Source of the DNA: Octopus vulgaris
Lineage: Eukaryota
Assembly: GCA_951406725.2 (NCBI GenBank)
Contig: OX597819.1
Coordinates: 128,464,001 to 128,528,000 of the forward strand
Length of the DNA: 64,000 nucleotides
Reading direction: 5' to 3'
Below are positions 27,738 through 40,622 of this stretch, one piece after another; within the stretch, counting starts at the first letter, position 1; the number at the start of each line of letters is the position of its first letter. Under the pieces are notes generated by a model that saw only the letters and a list, made by a program, of their open reading frames with translations, did no database searches and was not told the DNA's origin. The translations under genes and the position numbers were made by a program.

Positions 27738-28899
27738 GACAGTCATATACTTAGGAAAATTTTGTAGTCACTGTCAATAAAATTATAACAAATGATTGAC
27801 TCTGTACATGTATTGAGTCCTTTATTTAGTCTATGTTCGTTGTTTTTATGTATATAAAAACACTCATTGTAATTATATATGTATACACTTGAATAAAATT
27901 ATGCAATAAATTTATGATATTTTTACCTTAAAAAAATATAATAAATTCTTAAATAGATACAAGTCTTTTACTGATTTTGATCATTGGATTACAACAATGC
28001 CAGGATACCAAACACCTGCATGAGTTTCAGTCGATTATACCAATCCTGATATTTACTCATTTCATTCACTTGTTTATTTTATTGATCTCTGTTTGTTGAA
28101 CTGGAGGATCATAGGATATAAAAAACAAGCACAGACACACACACGTGGTCAACTGGTCAACTCTAAGCTACAGAAGAAATTTGACGAAAGTGACACTCAG
28201 AGCAATTAATCCCAAAACACCTGGTTACGGAGCAAACTACTTGACCACATGATCATGTCCACTAACCCACAACTTTTTTATGGGAACACATAACTGATTA
28301 TACCGAATCCAGAAAACGACCGGTAACTAATTTAATGTAAGAATTAAAAGCAAAGTTGGACATAGCAGGATTTGAACTCAAAACGGAAGCAAAACACTAT
28401 TAAATACAGTAATTTATCTTGTTGAAAGATAATCTGTCCTTAAATTCTAAAATGTAATAAAGTGTAATAAATATTATAATATTCAAAACCAACAGACCAG
28501 TAAAGAACACTCAGAGACATTGTTTGAAAAGAGGTTCATAATTTATGAATAAAATAACATATATATATATATATATGCACACACACACACACACATGCGT
28601 ACGCATGCATGCCAATAAACAAAAGTGACCGTTGAATCACTCTGCAACACCTGCTAATTAAATAGAAAATATATACCTGCTCATGTGTTGAGTTCTATTT
28701 TCCTGTATGTATCACCAAACCCATGTGTGTGTGTGTGTGTGTATGTGTGTGTGTACACACATACACACAGTTATTTATTCAACTGAAGCTGATGATTCGC
28801 TTTGTTTCCTATCTTTATGGCGGGAAATTCAGAATAGTACATGGAGAAACATTTATCAGTTTTAAATGAATAAACAGATTCTACCATAACTATAAAGCA

Positions 28900-28953
<54 letters not shown>

Positions 28954-29057
28954 ATATATATAAGTTCAGCAAAATTTAGATTCAGAAGAATATGGCACTT
29001 AAGTCAAAGGCACCAGAATTTGGTATGGTATTATCCATATAAATCAAATGGGGTGAT

Positions 29058-29204
29058 TATAATCAAAATAAGCAACAAGGATATCCAAGGTAGAGTAGTA
29101 CAATTGTTTCATTCTACTTCATTTTATTAAACACTGTTTAATAAAATGAAGTAGCATGAAACAATTGTACTACACTACCTTGGATATCCTTGTTGCTTAT
29201 TTTG

Positions 29205-29210
<6 letters not shown>
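29058..29210. repeat. Foldback palindrome with 76-bp arms and a 1-nt spacer
   Basis: It is centred on aaaca-c-tgttt at 29134, with two mismatches seen. It derives from the repeat family at 2960-3150. Confidence 0.92.
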
Positions 29211-29243
<33 letters not shown>

Positions 29244-32200
29244 TTTATATATATATATATATGCTTGGTTGTTCTAATGGGAGAAAGAGTATTCAATAAC
29301 TATTGTAGAGTTTATTGCTTGGACCTGATGACCAACTCTATTTTCAGTGTGTGCATTCCTTTATATATTTATATATATATGCACTCTTCTTTACACTGGA
29401 TAACTGATAAGAACTAGTTTAACTCACAACTACAACACGAATGAATCTATTAATAGAGAAGTCATGAGTGATGATAATGACAGTAAAATATATATATATG
29501 TGTGTGTGTGTGCAGAGAGGGATGACAGGTATAAACAGGTGGACAGACAAAAAGACATGTGGATAAATAGACAGCCAGGTAGATAAAAATACAAGTTTAT
29601 ATAAGTAGAAACTTGTACAACAATTTTTTGTTTTGATTAAATGCGTGTGCAAACACATACACAGAGCTACATATATGTTTGTGCATTTATACACACACAC
29701 ACATATCTTTCATATTCAACCAGTTATAATGTCATACAAGTGACACACATGCATTCGTTACTAAACACATGCTCCCAACAACTTCAGATACAAACACGGC
29801 TGTCTTAATGAAAAATGCCGATTAAAAAACAAACTATTTACACACAAGCAAATATGAAAGCCTGCTCATATGGAAGTATATATAAAACCAGTTTGCCACC
29901 ATATACCACCACTATCACCGTTACTACTGACACCTCCATTACTACTACTACTACTACCATTACTATTATTATTATTATTATTATCATCATCATCATATTC
30001 ATCAAGAAAGACATAACAGTCTGCCAGTGTGAAAATAATACTCAAGGTGTCAAATACTGTCCCTACACCTATCATTTTTATTATGATGATCATCAAAAGC
30101 AAAATAATAGCCTAAACTTAAAAGCAAGGCATGTCAAACGTTGCTTTCCATTTTGCTTTAGATATTTTGGCTTTTGTTTTTCGTTGAAGTCTGAGGAATG
30201 AACATGGAATTGGCCTTGACAGTAAGTGTACATACGTGCATGTATGTGTGGGCCCTATAGAATATCACATACATACACTTCACTGCTGTTATCTGTCTCA
30301 GTTCTGGTGCAAATTCAACTTGTAAAAATACCAAATAAAATAAATAAAATAGATGAAAAACATAAAAACAAGTTAGCCAAATGAAATAAAAGTTGAAGTT
30401 GACATGGATGGGATTTGAACACAGGTCATACATGACTTAACACATTTCTGTTATTTAGTACAACATTATACCCTCTTTGTACCAAAGTCAACCGCAACTG
30501 TGATAATTTCTTTAAAATATTTTTAAAACAAATAATTTAATACCTATTTTCAGTTATAAGAAGCTTATCAATTATATCTTCTTTGATAATGTAAATTTCT
30601 TCAAAGACTCTTGAACATGTGTTTAAGCGATCACTGTGGTTAATTTCCAGTTTCCAGTGTTAGGTAGATGAAAAATGAAAATATCCCCCTTGGTAAAGTT
30701 GCCAGTTTAGTCACAGGTTAGGTGAACTGTGGCATGTAAAATTAGGTGTGCTGCTACTCAAATACACAACAAAATATAAAATGCTGGAACCCGCAAGATC
30801 TTTGGGGCTACTGGCAGTTTACAACATATATTCCATACAACACTTGTATGATTAAATTGAATGGGTGTTGAAATGGAGAAACAAACTGGAAAGGAAAAAC
30901 CAATCGGATGGAATCTACAATGGAATATTATGGAACACATTCACCCTGAGAATGACTTAGGGATAAATTTTAAGATTGGCTCCAAATGCTAAAAATACCA
31001 GGAGGTTAATCACAGAGAGCAGCAATATTTCTCTATGTCTTGGTTGAATAACATTAGTGGCAGCAATATCAAGTAGCGCCAGTATAACAATCAGGAATTG
31101 AGAATCGGTTAAAATGGAAACAGCTCCAGTGAAAAGGTTCAATGGTGGAGGTATTAAAAGAATGAGTGTCCGAGACAGACAATGAATGTCGTCTTCACAA
31201 TAAAGTGTCTGTGAAGCTGATAAACACATGCAGTAATAAGAATTACCAGTGAGTAATATATGCTGAAGTTTAACAACCGAGAAAGCAGCAGTAAATAGCT
31301 CCAATACAAAGGACTATTGAAGACTAATAAAAAAGAGACAGTAGTATACATTAGCACTACTGTTAGAGATACTGAGTGTTAGGGGTCACACACAAACTGC
31401 AAGGAATCAATGACGCAGATGAAATTGGTGCCCTGGGGACCAATAGAGAACTCAAGAGGAAACAGGTACCAGTTTCAAAATAGTTCCTTCCAACACTGCA
31501 AAAGAAAACAAAAGTCAGTGATTAGCAATTATATTAAAATGATATTTTGGACTGAAAGGGTTAGACATTGGTTTTTTTCTTTACATGAGATTATAAATTT
31601 CACCATGTGAGAACACTCAACCTGCAAGAATATAGCACTGAAATCTCCCTCAAACCAGATACCATTCATCTTGTAGTTGCTTGCTTCCTGTGTTGCTACA
31701 GCAATAAAACACTCCACCCATTTGAAGAGATACATCATCATCATCATCGTTTAACGTCCGCTTTCCATGCTAGCATGGGTTGGACGGTTCAACTGGGGTC
31801 TGGGAAGCCCGAAGGCTGCACCAGGCCAGTCAGATCTGGCAGTGCTTCTACAGCTGGATGCCCTTCCTAACGCCAACCACTCCGTGAGTGTAGTGTGTGC
31901 TTTTTATGTGCCACCGACACAGGTGCCAGACGAGGCTGGCGAACGGCCACGCTCGGATGGTGTTTTTTTACGTGCCACCGGCACGGAGGCCAGGCGAGGC
32001 TGGCACGGCCACGATCGGATAGTGTTTGTTACGTGCCACCAGCACGGAGGCCATACATTGGAATAAAATCAAAATGCATATAGGACAAAGGAGAACAAGG
32101 GAAAGGAGGAGTGAAGGTTGAAGGAGAGAGATGAGGAAAGAATGAGAAGAGGGTGGAGAGAGATGGAGGAGAAAAGAAAGGCAAGGTTAAAGAAGGAGGT

Positions 32201-32494
32201 GCAGAGAGAGAAAGAGGAAGTGAGGAGAGGTGGAAAAAAAAAGACATAAGATGGAAGAGAGGTGAGATGAGAATAAAAAGAGATGAGAGACAGGGGGAGA
32301 GAGAGGGATGAGACAAGAAAAAGAGGGAAAGTAAGAGAGATAAGAACAGAGAGAGACAGGAAGAAAGAGATACTTTGCAAAATATTGTAAAAGCTCATTA
32401 TTTTGTAAACAAAAAATGGATTACAGACAAAAAAAACAATCAACATTATAAATTAGAAACCTAAGGCATTTTCCAAGCATTCTATCTTTAGTAG

Positions 32495-33285
32495 TTGCTG
32501 CTTAACCCCCAGGTCAGCTATGCCACTCCAGCCATGACCAGCCATACTTTTGTTTCAAGCAAGCAATGTGTATTAAGAATTACTTTAGCCAATGAATCCA
32601 ACCATTTTTTAAGTTGAATGTGATACAAGTGAGATGCTTCTATTTCTAGCAGGCCAGATAACCACATAGAGGCTCCCTTTCTAAATTTATTGTAGTTGTT
32701 TAGCTAGGACTTAGCCTTGATGAAGTAGATCTATGATCAAAAGCATTCCAGCCATGACCATTCCATCTTTTTTTTTTCAGGCATATGGAGTGGTTGGCGT
32801 TAGGAAGGGCATCCAGCTGTAGAAACTCTGCCAGATCAAGACTGAAGCCCGGTGCAGCCATCTGGTTTGCCAGACCTCAGTCAAATAGTCCAACCCATGC
32901 TAGCATGGAAAGTGGACATTAAACGATGATGATGATAATGATGATGATCATGGTATTATCAAAGACCACATCATCTAAAGTGCCTTATTTATTTTTTAAA
33001 ATAAGCTGTAATATGAAGGAGATTTGGCTGTTACATCTTGCAGGTTGAGTAACCATACACAGAGTCCCTCGTTGTTGTTTAGCCCAAGGTCAGACCTGAT
33101 GGTGCTGACCTACAATCAAACACAATCCAGTAAATGACAATTCCTTTGCCTTCCTCCTCCACTCAACACATCTACAACTGCACCAACTGATGCATCTTTC
33201 ACTTTTTTTAAAGACATTTCGGTGTTGCACGAGAGATTTGGGTGCTATTTCTAGCAACTTGAACCCCAACCCACAGACTTCCTTG
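32495..33285. repeat. Three head-to-tail units of an old repeat of about 200 bp (family F); the middle unit is interrupted by an E copy
   Basis: The recurrent unit is gtttagccc.aggtcag...gatcaaa.gcattccagccatgacca...gagatttggctg.tatttctagcagg. It also occurs at about 27430, 34250, 43970-44290, 49150, 51640-52000, 60080 and 60960. Confidence 0.7.
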
Positions 33286-33759
33286 TTTTTCTTTTATTTT
33301 AATATTTTGTTGGTCATAAAAAAAAAAGTAAATAAATAATAAAGTATATATATTGACTAAGTGCAGATCAGCTGATCAATAACTAATTAAGAACCACTTC
33401 AAAACTTATCAAAGCCTAATCAGATGAATAGACTGCAAATCAGCAATGAACAAACAGTAAGGATCCGATGAACAAGGCTGGCTTGTGGTTTTATTCTAAG
33501 GAGAAAGTGGGGATGGTAACTGAGGTTTTGTGAGGTCCTGGTAGACTTCCCTTACAGATGGGGGATTTAGTGAAGAGAGAAGGAATACAGAAACCACAAG
33601 GTAGGGGTTGGTGTGATGAATCCCTTGTCTGCCAGTTTGAAACATTTGAAATGTTTGCAGCTTAGAATGGAAAGCAACAGTGAGGTAAAAAAGCTGCTGG
33701 GGTTGAAATGAAAACAGTTGTGGATAAGTGGTTATATAGGGTGTGTGTGGGGGAATGAG

Positions 33760-33949
33760 AGAGAAAGAGAGGTAGTAGTAGTGAATGCATGAGAGGGAGA
33801 GAAGAATAGAGACAAAGCACAACAGAGAGAACACAGGAGAAACAAAAAGAGTAAAAGAGAGAGAGAGAGAGAGAGAGAGTGAAGAGAAAGAATGAGTGAG
33901 AAGAGGAGAAAGGCAGAGCACAAAAGAAAATACAAGCAAGCATAGGAAG

Positions 33950-33981
<32 letters not shown>

Positions 33982-34110
33982 ATGCAAAGAAGGAAAGAGA
34001 AACATTGAAAATGCAAAGAGAGAGAGAGAGAGACAGAAAGAGGGAGAGAAAAGAGTAAAAAAAGCAGAGACAGACAGACAGAAAGAGAAGGAAAAGCAGA
34101 GAAACAAGAG
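33760..34110. repeat. Purine-rich (GA)n low-complexity tract
   Basis: Read directly. Similar tracts lie at 32085-32370, 50950-51180 and 53460-53900. Confidence 0.85.
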
Positions 34111-36438
34111 ACTGAAACTGTTGGTGCTTCACATTTACAAAGTCTTTTTCAATATTCCAATACAAACTGGAATTACCTGTAGACTGGATTGCAGAGCTAA
34201 GCAGCATCGTTACACAACTACCAAAGTTGAGCTTCTATATGGCCACTTGATATGCTAGAAATGGCAGCCAAATTTCCTACCTATCACACCCTACAACCTT
34301 GAAAAGCAGAGGTAGGAGGCACATTGAATAAGGTATTCCTAGATAGATCTAACACATGGTGGTCATAGACAGGGTGCTTTTGATCAAAGATTTGCTGTAT
34401 CAGAGTTTACTAGGAGTTAAATAAATAAACAGGTATATAATAAATAATGTCGCCTTACTGGCACCTGTGCAGGTGGCACGTGAAAAAAGATTCGAGCAAG
34501 GTCATTGCTAGTGCCGCCTGACTGACCCCCATGCCGGTGGCACGTAAAAAGCACCCACTACACTCTCGGAATGGTTGGCATTAGGAAGGGCATCCAGCTG
34601 TAGAAACCCTGCCAGATCAAGATTGGAGCCTGGTGCAGCCATCTGGTTCGCCAGCCCTCAGTCAAAATCGTCCAACCCATGCTAGCATGGAAAGCGGATG
34701 TTAAACGATGATGATGATGATGATGAGGTATAACAACAAATAGCATTCCCCTTCATACATCTTGCAGATCTCCTTTGACACGTCATCACTATTTTATTTC
34801 TCTTTTCAACTCCACACCAATTACTCCCATCAACTTTTCCATAAAGAGAGTAGCCATGCAGCTGCTCTACAGCAAAAACTCGTTCTAGTCCCTTCTTTCA
34901 TACCTCAAAATTTTGTCACTTAGCATAAAGCTACCTCCTTTTCTACTGTAACATCACTTAGTTGAAGGGGGTCTTAGTCTTGTGAACTGCATAGTGACCT
35001 CGCTAGTGCTATGCAAAAAGACTCCCATACAATATCTGTAAAACATCATCATCATCATCATCTTTTAACGTCCGCTTTCCATGCTGGCATGGGTTGGACG
35101 ATTTTGACTGAGATCTGGTGAACCAGATGGCTGCACCAGGCTCCAATCTTGATCTGGCAGTGTTTCTACAGCTGGATGCCTTTCCTAACGCCAACCACTC
35201 CAAGAGTGTAGAGGGTGCTTTTATGTGCCACCGGCACGGGGGCTAGTCAAGCGGTACTGGCAATGACCTCGCTCAAATCTTTTTACACATGCCACCAGCA
35301 CAGGTGTGCCACTAAGGCAATGCTGGTAACAATCCTGCTCAAATGGTGCCTCCTACATGCCACTGGCATGGAAGCCAGTTAGCCGCTCTGGCAACGATCA
35401 AGTGATTAGCATTAGGAAGGGCATCCTACGATAGAAACCCATGTTAAAGCAGACGGTGGAGCACAATGCAATCTTTGAATCCATCAGATCTTGTTAAGCC
35501 AACCAATCTATGGCAGCATGGAAAACAGACTTCAAAAAATGATGTTGATAATATTGTAAAAATTTCCATCGTAGGACTTCATTCAAACAGTGGCACTTCA
35601 TTAATTCCAGAATGTTGAAAAGTTAGCCAAATATCATAAAAAATATTTTGTCTCACTCAATCAATTCTGCTATGTCCATAAAAATAATTTCTAACATAGG
35701 TAGAAAGTCACAGATTTATGAGGAAAGGTTATTGCATTAATTTCACCCTGGTATCTGACTGGTACCTTTTACGTGCCACCAACACGGAAGCCAGTTGGCT
35801 GCTCTGGCAACGATCACGCTCAGATAGTGCTCTTGGCACTCTACTATAGCACGGGCACAAGTGCCAATAAGGTGACGTTGGTAACGATCACACTCGAATA
35901 GTGCCCTTTTATATGCCACTGGCACGGAAGCCGGTTAGCCGCTCTATCAACGATCAGCTGCTCTGTCAACGATCATACTAACAATTCTGCCAGCTTGCTG
36001 CCTTATTTAATAATCATAATAATAGTAATGAAAATAATTTCTACTACTATTACTACCAGATGGCTGCACCAGGCCCCAATCTTGATCTGGCAGAGTTTCT
36101 AAAGCTGGATGCCCTTCCTAACGCCAACCACTCCAAGAGTGTAGTGGGTACGTAAAAAGCACCCACTACACTCTCGGAGTGGTTGGCGTTAGGAAGGGCA
36201 TCCAGCTGTAGAAACTCTGCCAAATCAAGATTAAAGCCTGGTGCAGCCATCTGGTTTGCCAGCCCTCAGTCAAAATCGTCCAACCCATGCTAGCATGGAA
36301 AGCGGACGTTAAACGATGATGATGATAATACTAAAGACAGCAAATAAAATAAAATCCAGGATAATCCCAATACCCCAAATCAGCTCTTATCAGTAAACTG
36401 CAATACAACGCTGAACAAGATTTGTTGAGGTAACTCAC

Positions 36439-36616
36439 CTATATGTCTGACGATTTAATTATATCTTCACAGAACTTCTTATACTGCCACGTGTCACCTT
36501 TTACTCTTTTGCACCTGATGCCAACAAAGGGCAATTTTGGCATCGCACAAACCTCCAAATTGAAAGCAAGTTTCACTTTGCCTTTGTCATCAGATACAAA
36601 ACATCGAAGTACATAC
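36439..36616 (-). CDS. MELK: MELK last coding exon, KA1 domain: YVLRCFVSDDKGKVKLAFNLEVCAMPKLPFVGIRCKRVKGDTWQYKKFCEDIIKSSDI*
   Basis: Acceptor ctttttctag|G, phase 2. The exon is 178 nt and ends in TAG at 36441-36439. It carries the KA1 signature FxLEVC...VGIRxxRxKGDxWxYK. Confidence 0.95.
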
Positions 36617-36964
36617 CTAGAAAAAGCAATACATATATATTTGTTTAGATAAATAATGAAGAAAAAATATTTTAATATGTGTTGTAGGGTTTATTCATTC
36701 ATCCAAAGATGATGGTTAACACTGTCACAACTCAGAGTATCTTGTGATGAGCAATCCATGAGATTAGAAAAAAGGCAGTCATTAGAAGAATTGCACAAAG
36801 CACCAGCACGCTTTAACACACACACACACACACACGAAGTCCATTCCACAACTATAAGGGTTCAGGTTCAGGCACCTTGGACAAGTGTCTTCTACCATAG
36901 TCCCCCAGGCCCAACCATTGCCTTGTTTGTAGATTTGGTAGAGAGAACCTGGAAAAAGCCTGTC

Positions 36965-36995
<31 letters not shown>

Positions 36996-37258
36996 AGTGT
37001 GTGTGTTTGTTTGTGTGTGTATGTGTGCATGTGTTAAAGAGAGACTCATTCAAGAAGGAAGAGAAGGCATGCAAGACTGCAAAACCTGGGTAGCCCTCCC
37101 CCACCCCCTCGACCTCCAGTGGTCCACTTATATTGGCTTTATGAATATCAATACCTATATGGAGCTCTATAATTTTTTGATACTCTTAATATCATCAAAC
37201 ATGGTAGTACTGTGTGTGTGTGTGTGTTTATGTAAGACAATGATGACAACATACTTAC

Positions 37259-37362
37259 TCTGACTGACTGAGGCCGATGTATTTCTTATGGATTGCCTCC
37301 TTTAATTTAGACAACACTAATTCAGGGCTGTACTGCTCCGTTCTGAACACATTGTGAGTCGT
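37259..37362 (-). CDS. MELK: MELK coding exon, start of KA1 region: TTHNVFRTEQYSPELVLSKLKEAIHKKYIGLSQS(E)
   Basis: Acceptor ctcttttcag|ACG and donor GA|gtaagt. The exon is 104 nt, phase 0-2. It resembles MELK xYNVTTT...PDQLL. Confidence 0.92.
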
Positions 37363-38202
37363 CTGAAAAGAGAGATAAAGAGACAAGAATAAATGAAATA
37401 ATAATTAAGAATTAAAGAAAAATGTTAGCTTTCTGCCCCTGTGTAAAGACAACACGTTTTTGTGACCATGTCATCATCATCATCGTTTAACGTCCGTTTT
37501 CCATGCTGGCATGGGTTGGACGTTTTGACCGGGGTCTGGGAAGCCAGGAGGCTGCACCAGGCTCCAGTCTGATCTGGCAGTGTTTCTATAGCTGGATGCC
37601 CTTCCTAACACCAACCACTCCGTGCTTTTTACGTGCCACTGGCACAGGGGCCAGATGAGGCTGGTAAACGGCCACGATTGGATGGTGCTTTTACGTGTCA
37701 CCGACACGGACACCAGTCAGGCAGCGCTGCCAACTGCCATGTTTGGATGGTGCTTTTAACATTGTCACCAGCACGGGTATCTTAACTACAATTTCCATTT
37801 GATTTTCATTTTGATGTTGGTGTTAATGTACTTGACCAATAGGTCTCCTCAAGAACAGCGGGTCACTCTACAATCCAAGGTTTGCATATATGCTTCATTT
37901 CTTTCCAGCTTTTACACAATCTCTGTATTCAATGCTCAGGTTTTGCTACCAGGCAGCATAAAGCTTCAGATACATACATCATAAAATCTGAAATCTTGAA
38001 ATTGTTACCAATAAAAATATTAACTCTATGTATTTTTTACAACAAATTCTCACTCTGGCTTCAATGCTTCCTTATTTTCACCCCAGAAAATTTTGTAAAG
38101 AAGTGAACTTGTAAACTGGAAGCTCAGAAGAGCAGAAGCACCAGCATAAGCAACCCCTAATTTTACCAAATTCAATTAAATTTACAGTATGCAAACACTA
38201 AC

Positions 38203-38362
38203 CTTTACTTTACGAGGCCCTGCTCCAATATATTTGCCCCTGGGACTGAACATCTTGAAGACTTTTTCCAAACTGCCGAACATACCATTCTTTCTGAAGG
38301 ACTTCCTCTCAGAATTGCGATCAAACCCACTATGATGTAGATCCGTGTCCAAGGATGTTGCT
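38203..38362 (-). CDS. MELK: MELK coding exon: ATSLDTDLHHSGFDRNSERKSFRKNGMFGSLEKVFKMFSPRGKYIGAGPRKVK
   Basis: Acceptor ttttgtttattag|A and donor AAG|gttagt. The exon is 160 nt, phase 2-0. FGSLE and GPRKVK match MELK VFGSLE...GPRRLK. Confidence 0.93.
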
Positions 38363-39531
38363 CTAATAAACAAAAAGAAAAGAAAAATAAATCCACTGAG
38401 AGTACAACAAATACATCAGCCTTACAACACTGAGTAGTTTGGCAATGTTTCTACCCACCAAATGGTACCAGATATAAAGAACTAAACATATTGCTGATAT
38501 AGAAATACTGAAATAAGATAAACGGTTTTTTTTTTTAATTCTGCACACTTAACACTTTCTATGTACACAACCCTTAACATCACAAGGATAATCTCCAAAT
38601 CACTGTGTCTCAAGCTTTAGGTGATTGCATGCAATGATAATACCAAAGTGAGAAACGCTGCCAACACCTTTAATGATTTACTTCCTGGATACTGCAGGCA
38701 GAATAATCATCATCATTGTTTAACATCTGCTTTCCATGCTAGCATGGGTTGGACGAATGACTGAGGGCTGGCAAACCAGATGGCCGCACCAGGCTTCAAT
38801 CTTGATCTGGTAGAGTTTCTACAGCTGGATGCCCTTCCTAACGCCAACCACTCCAAGAGTGTAGTGGGCGCTTTTTACGTACCACCGGCACGGGGGCCAG
38901 TCAAGCGGTGCTGGCAACAACCTCACTCGAATCTTTTTACACATGCCACCGGCACAGGTGCCAGTGAGGCAACATTGGTAACAATCACGCTCGAATGGTG
39001 CCCTTTTACGTGCCACCGGCACGGAGCCAGTTGGTTGCTCTGGCAACGATCACGCTCAGATGGTGCTCTTGGCACCCTACTAGCACGGGCACAAATGCCA
39101 GTAAGGCGACGCTGGTAACGATCACATTCGAATGGTGTCCTTTTATGTGCCACTGACATGAAAACCGGTTAGACGCTCTGTCAACGATCACCCTAGTATG
39201 GTACTCTTTGCACCCCGCTAGCACGGATGCCAGTCATTGCACCCCACTAACACGGATGCCAAGCTTTCGTGTGAGTGTATGTGCGTGTGTTTGCGTGTAT
39301 GCAGAAGGTGTCATTTAAACACAGTCCTCTGCAAAAGCTTATTCAAGTTGTTCGTTGTTTGAGAGACTGGAGGATTTATCACCTTGCTTGGGAAAAGGTG
39401 AGATTTAACATCAGAAAAAGAAATCAAACCATAGAAAACTCTGTCTCAACATGGTCTCATCTGACTCATGCAAGCATGGAAGATTAGATGTTAAAACAAC
39501 AATAATGGTAGTGGTGATGGTTAATACTTAC

Positions 39532-39643
39532 TTGTAAAATTCTGATACTGGTGATATCAAGTTCAAATTATTAAGCTGGGAATCAACAGAGCGTGAAGGA
39601 GACAAAACCTGAGTTCCAGATTTAGCTGAAGGAGTGGCAGAGT
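39532..39643 (-). CDS. MELK: MELK coding exon: (D)SATPSAKSGTQVLSPSRSVDSQLNNLNLISPVSEFY(K)
   Basis: Acceptor ttttcccaacag|AC and donor AA|gtaagt. The exon is 112 nt, phase 1-2, and open in the inherited frame. SPxRSVD resembles MELK SPERRCRSVE. Confidence 0.87.
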
Positions 39644-39730
39644 CTGTTGGGAAAATAGAAACAGCAAAACGTTAGCAAACATAACAGAAGGTGTAGCATG
39701 GTTAACTTGTGTTTATTGATAATGACATTG

Positions 39731-40144
39731 GGATCTTTTCGGTTTGAACGGCAATTTTTTTCTAGCGGTGTCATATGAAATTGTCACCCATAATTATGAC
39801 CCTAGTATCAATCTATTGCATTTCAATCTGTTTTAGGGTTAGGGGTGGGGGGAAGGGTATCTTTTTTTCTTCACAAATGTAAATAAACCCAATCTCTTTC
39901 TTAAACAAGGGACATATTCATACGGCACAGAATGTTTTTTACCTCAATGGACGTCAGTGATTGGTTGGAATTGCAGAAATTGAAGAAAAAAAAAACAACA
40001 AATATTTTACAAACTATAGAATTTTCTCAATAAAACCAAGAGAAAAAGATGTTTTATAAACACATTCTACCAGTATACGAAGTTTAAAATTTTTTAGTTA
40101 CCTAGAAATTATGTTAAAAACTGCCGTTCAAACCAAATAGATCC
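39731..40144. mobile_element. MITE with GG...CC termini and an 8-bp TSD (Merlin- or hAT-like)
   Basis: The TIRs are ggatcttttcggtttgaacggca and tgccgttcaaaccaaatagatcc. The TSD tgacattg occurs at 39723-39730 and 40145-40152. Confidence 0.88.
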
Positions 40145-40261
40145 TGACATTGTTTTGGATGTGTATGTTTAGTAGCACTACTGTCTCAGATGTGAAAATA
40201 GTACTTTAGTGCAAATCTTTATTGAGCTTGTAGATAGTAGTTGATGAAGGCTGAACTATTT

Positions 40262-40622
40262 CTTCAAAGTCCATCCCCTCCTCACTGTGGTGGGGACGCT
40301 GGCAACGGGTAGTGTCAGAGCTATGCCGTCGGGAACTTCGGTTCCTGGTAGGGCCACCCAAGGCAGATTGGTCTGACACCGAGTGGTATTAGGGCCACAA
40401 CCTGACAGATAGGGCTTTGGTGAAAATCCTCGAAGTGTCTGTTTCGGCAACCGGTGGCTCTTCAGTCGTTCTGTCCCTGCATCTGCGGACAATCTGCAGC
40501 AAACAGGATGTCTCCACATGCGGAATTGTAGGGGACCGCTTGTCAAATCCACATATTCCCACGAAACTTCTTCCATGAGAAGAAGCCGACTCAACCCGCC
40601 CAGGATGAATGTCGCCACGAGT
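40262..40622 (-). mobile_element. GC-rich LINE fragment, probably the 5' region of an RTE-clade element
   Basis: It is an abrupt GC-rich insert in an AT-rich intron, with no splice-compatible link to MELK. The family assignment is from pattern memory only. Confidence 0.45.

Larger units (their letters stand above)
27715..31495 (-). other. MELK: Putative terminal non-coding (3'UTR) exon of MELK
   Basis: There is a strong acceptor ctaatcactgacttttgttttcttttgcag|TGTTGG at 31496. The sequence is mostly unique and lacks the intronic repeat family. A minus-strand AATAAA at 27732-27737 is followed by GU-rich GGTGTCTTTGTTTTGTGCC. The boundaries are inferred. Confidence 0.5.

Noticed and set aside
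31607-31660. Acceptor ttcttgcag|gttgag for the 3'UTR exon
   Set aside because: It lies within a family F repeat block, and the acceptor at 31496 is much stronger.
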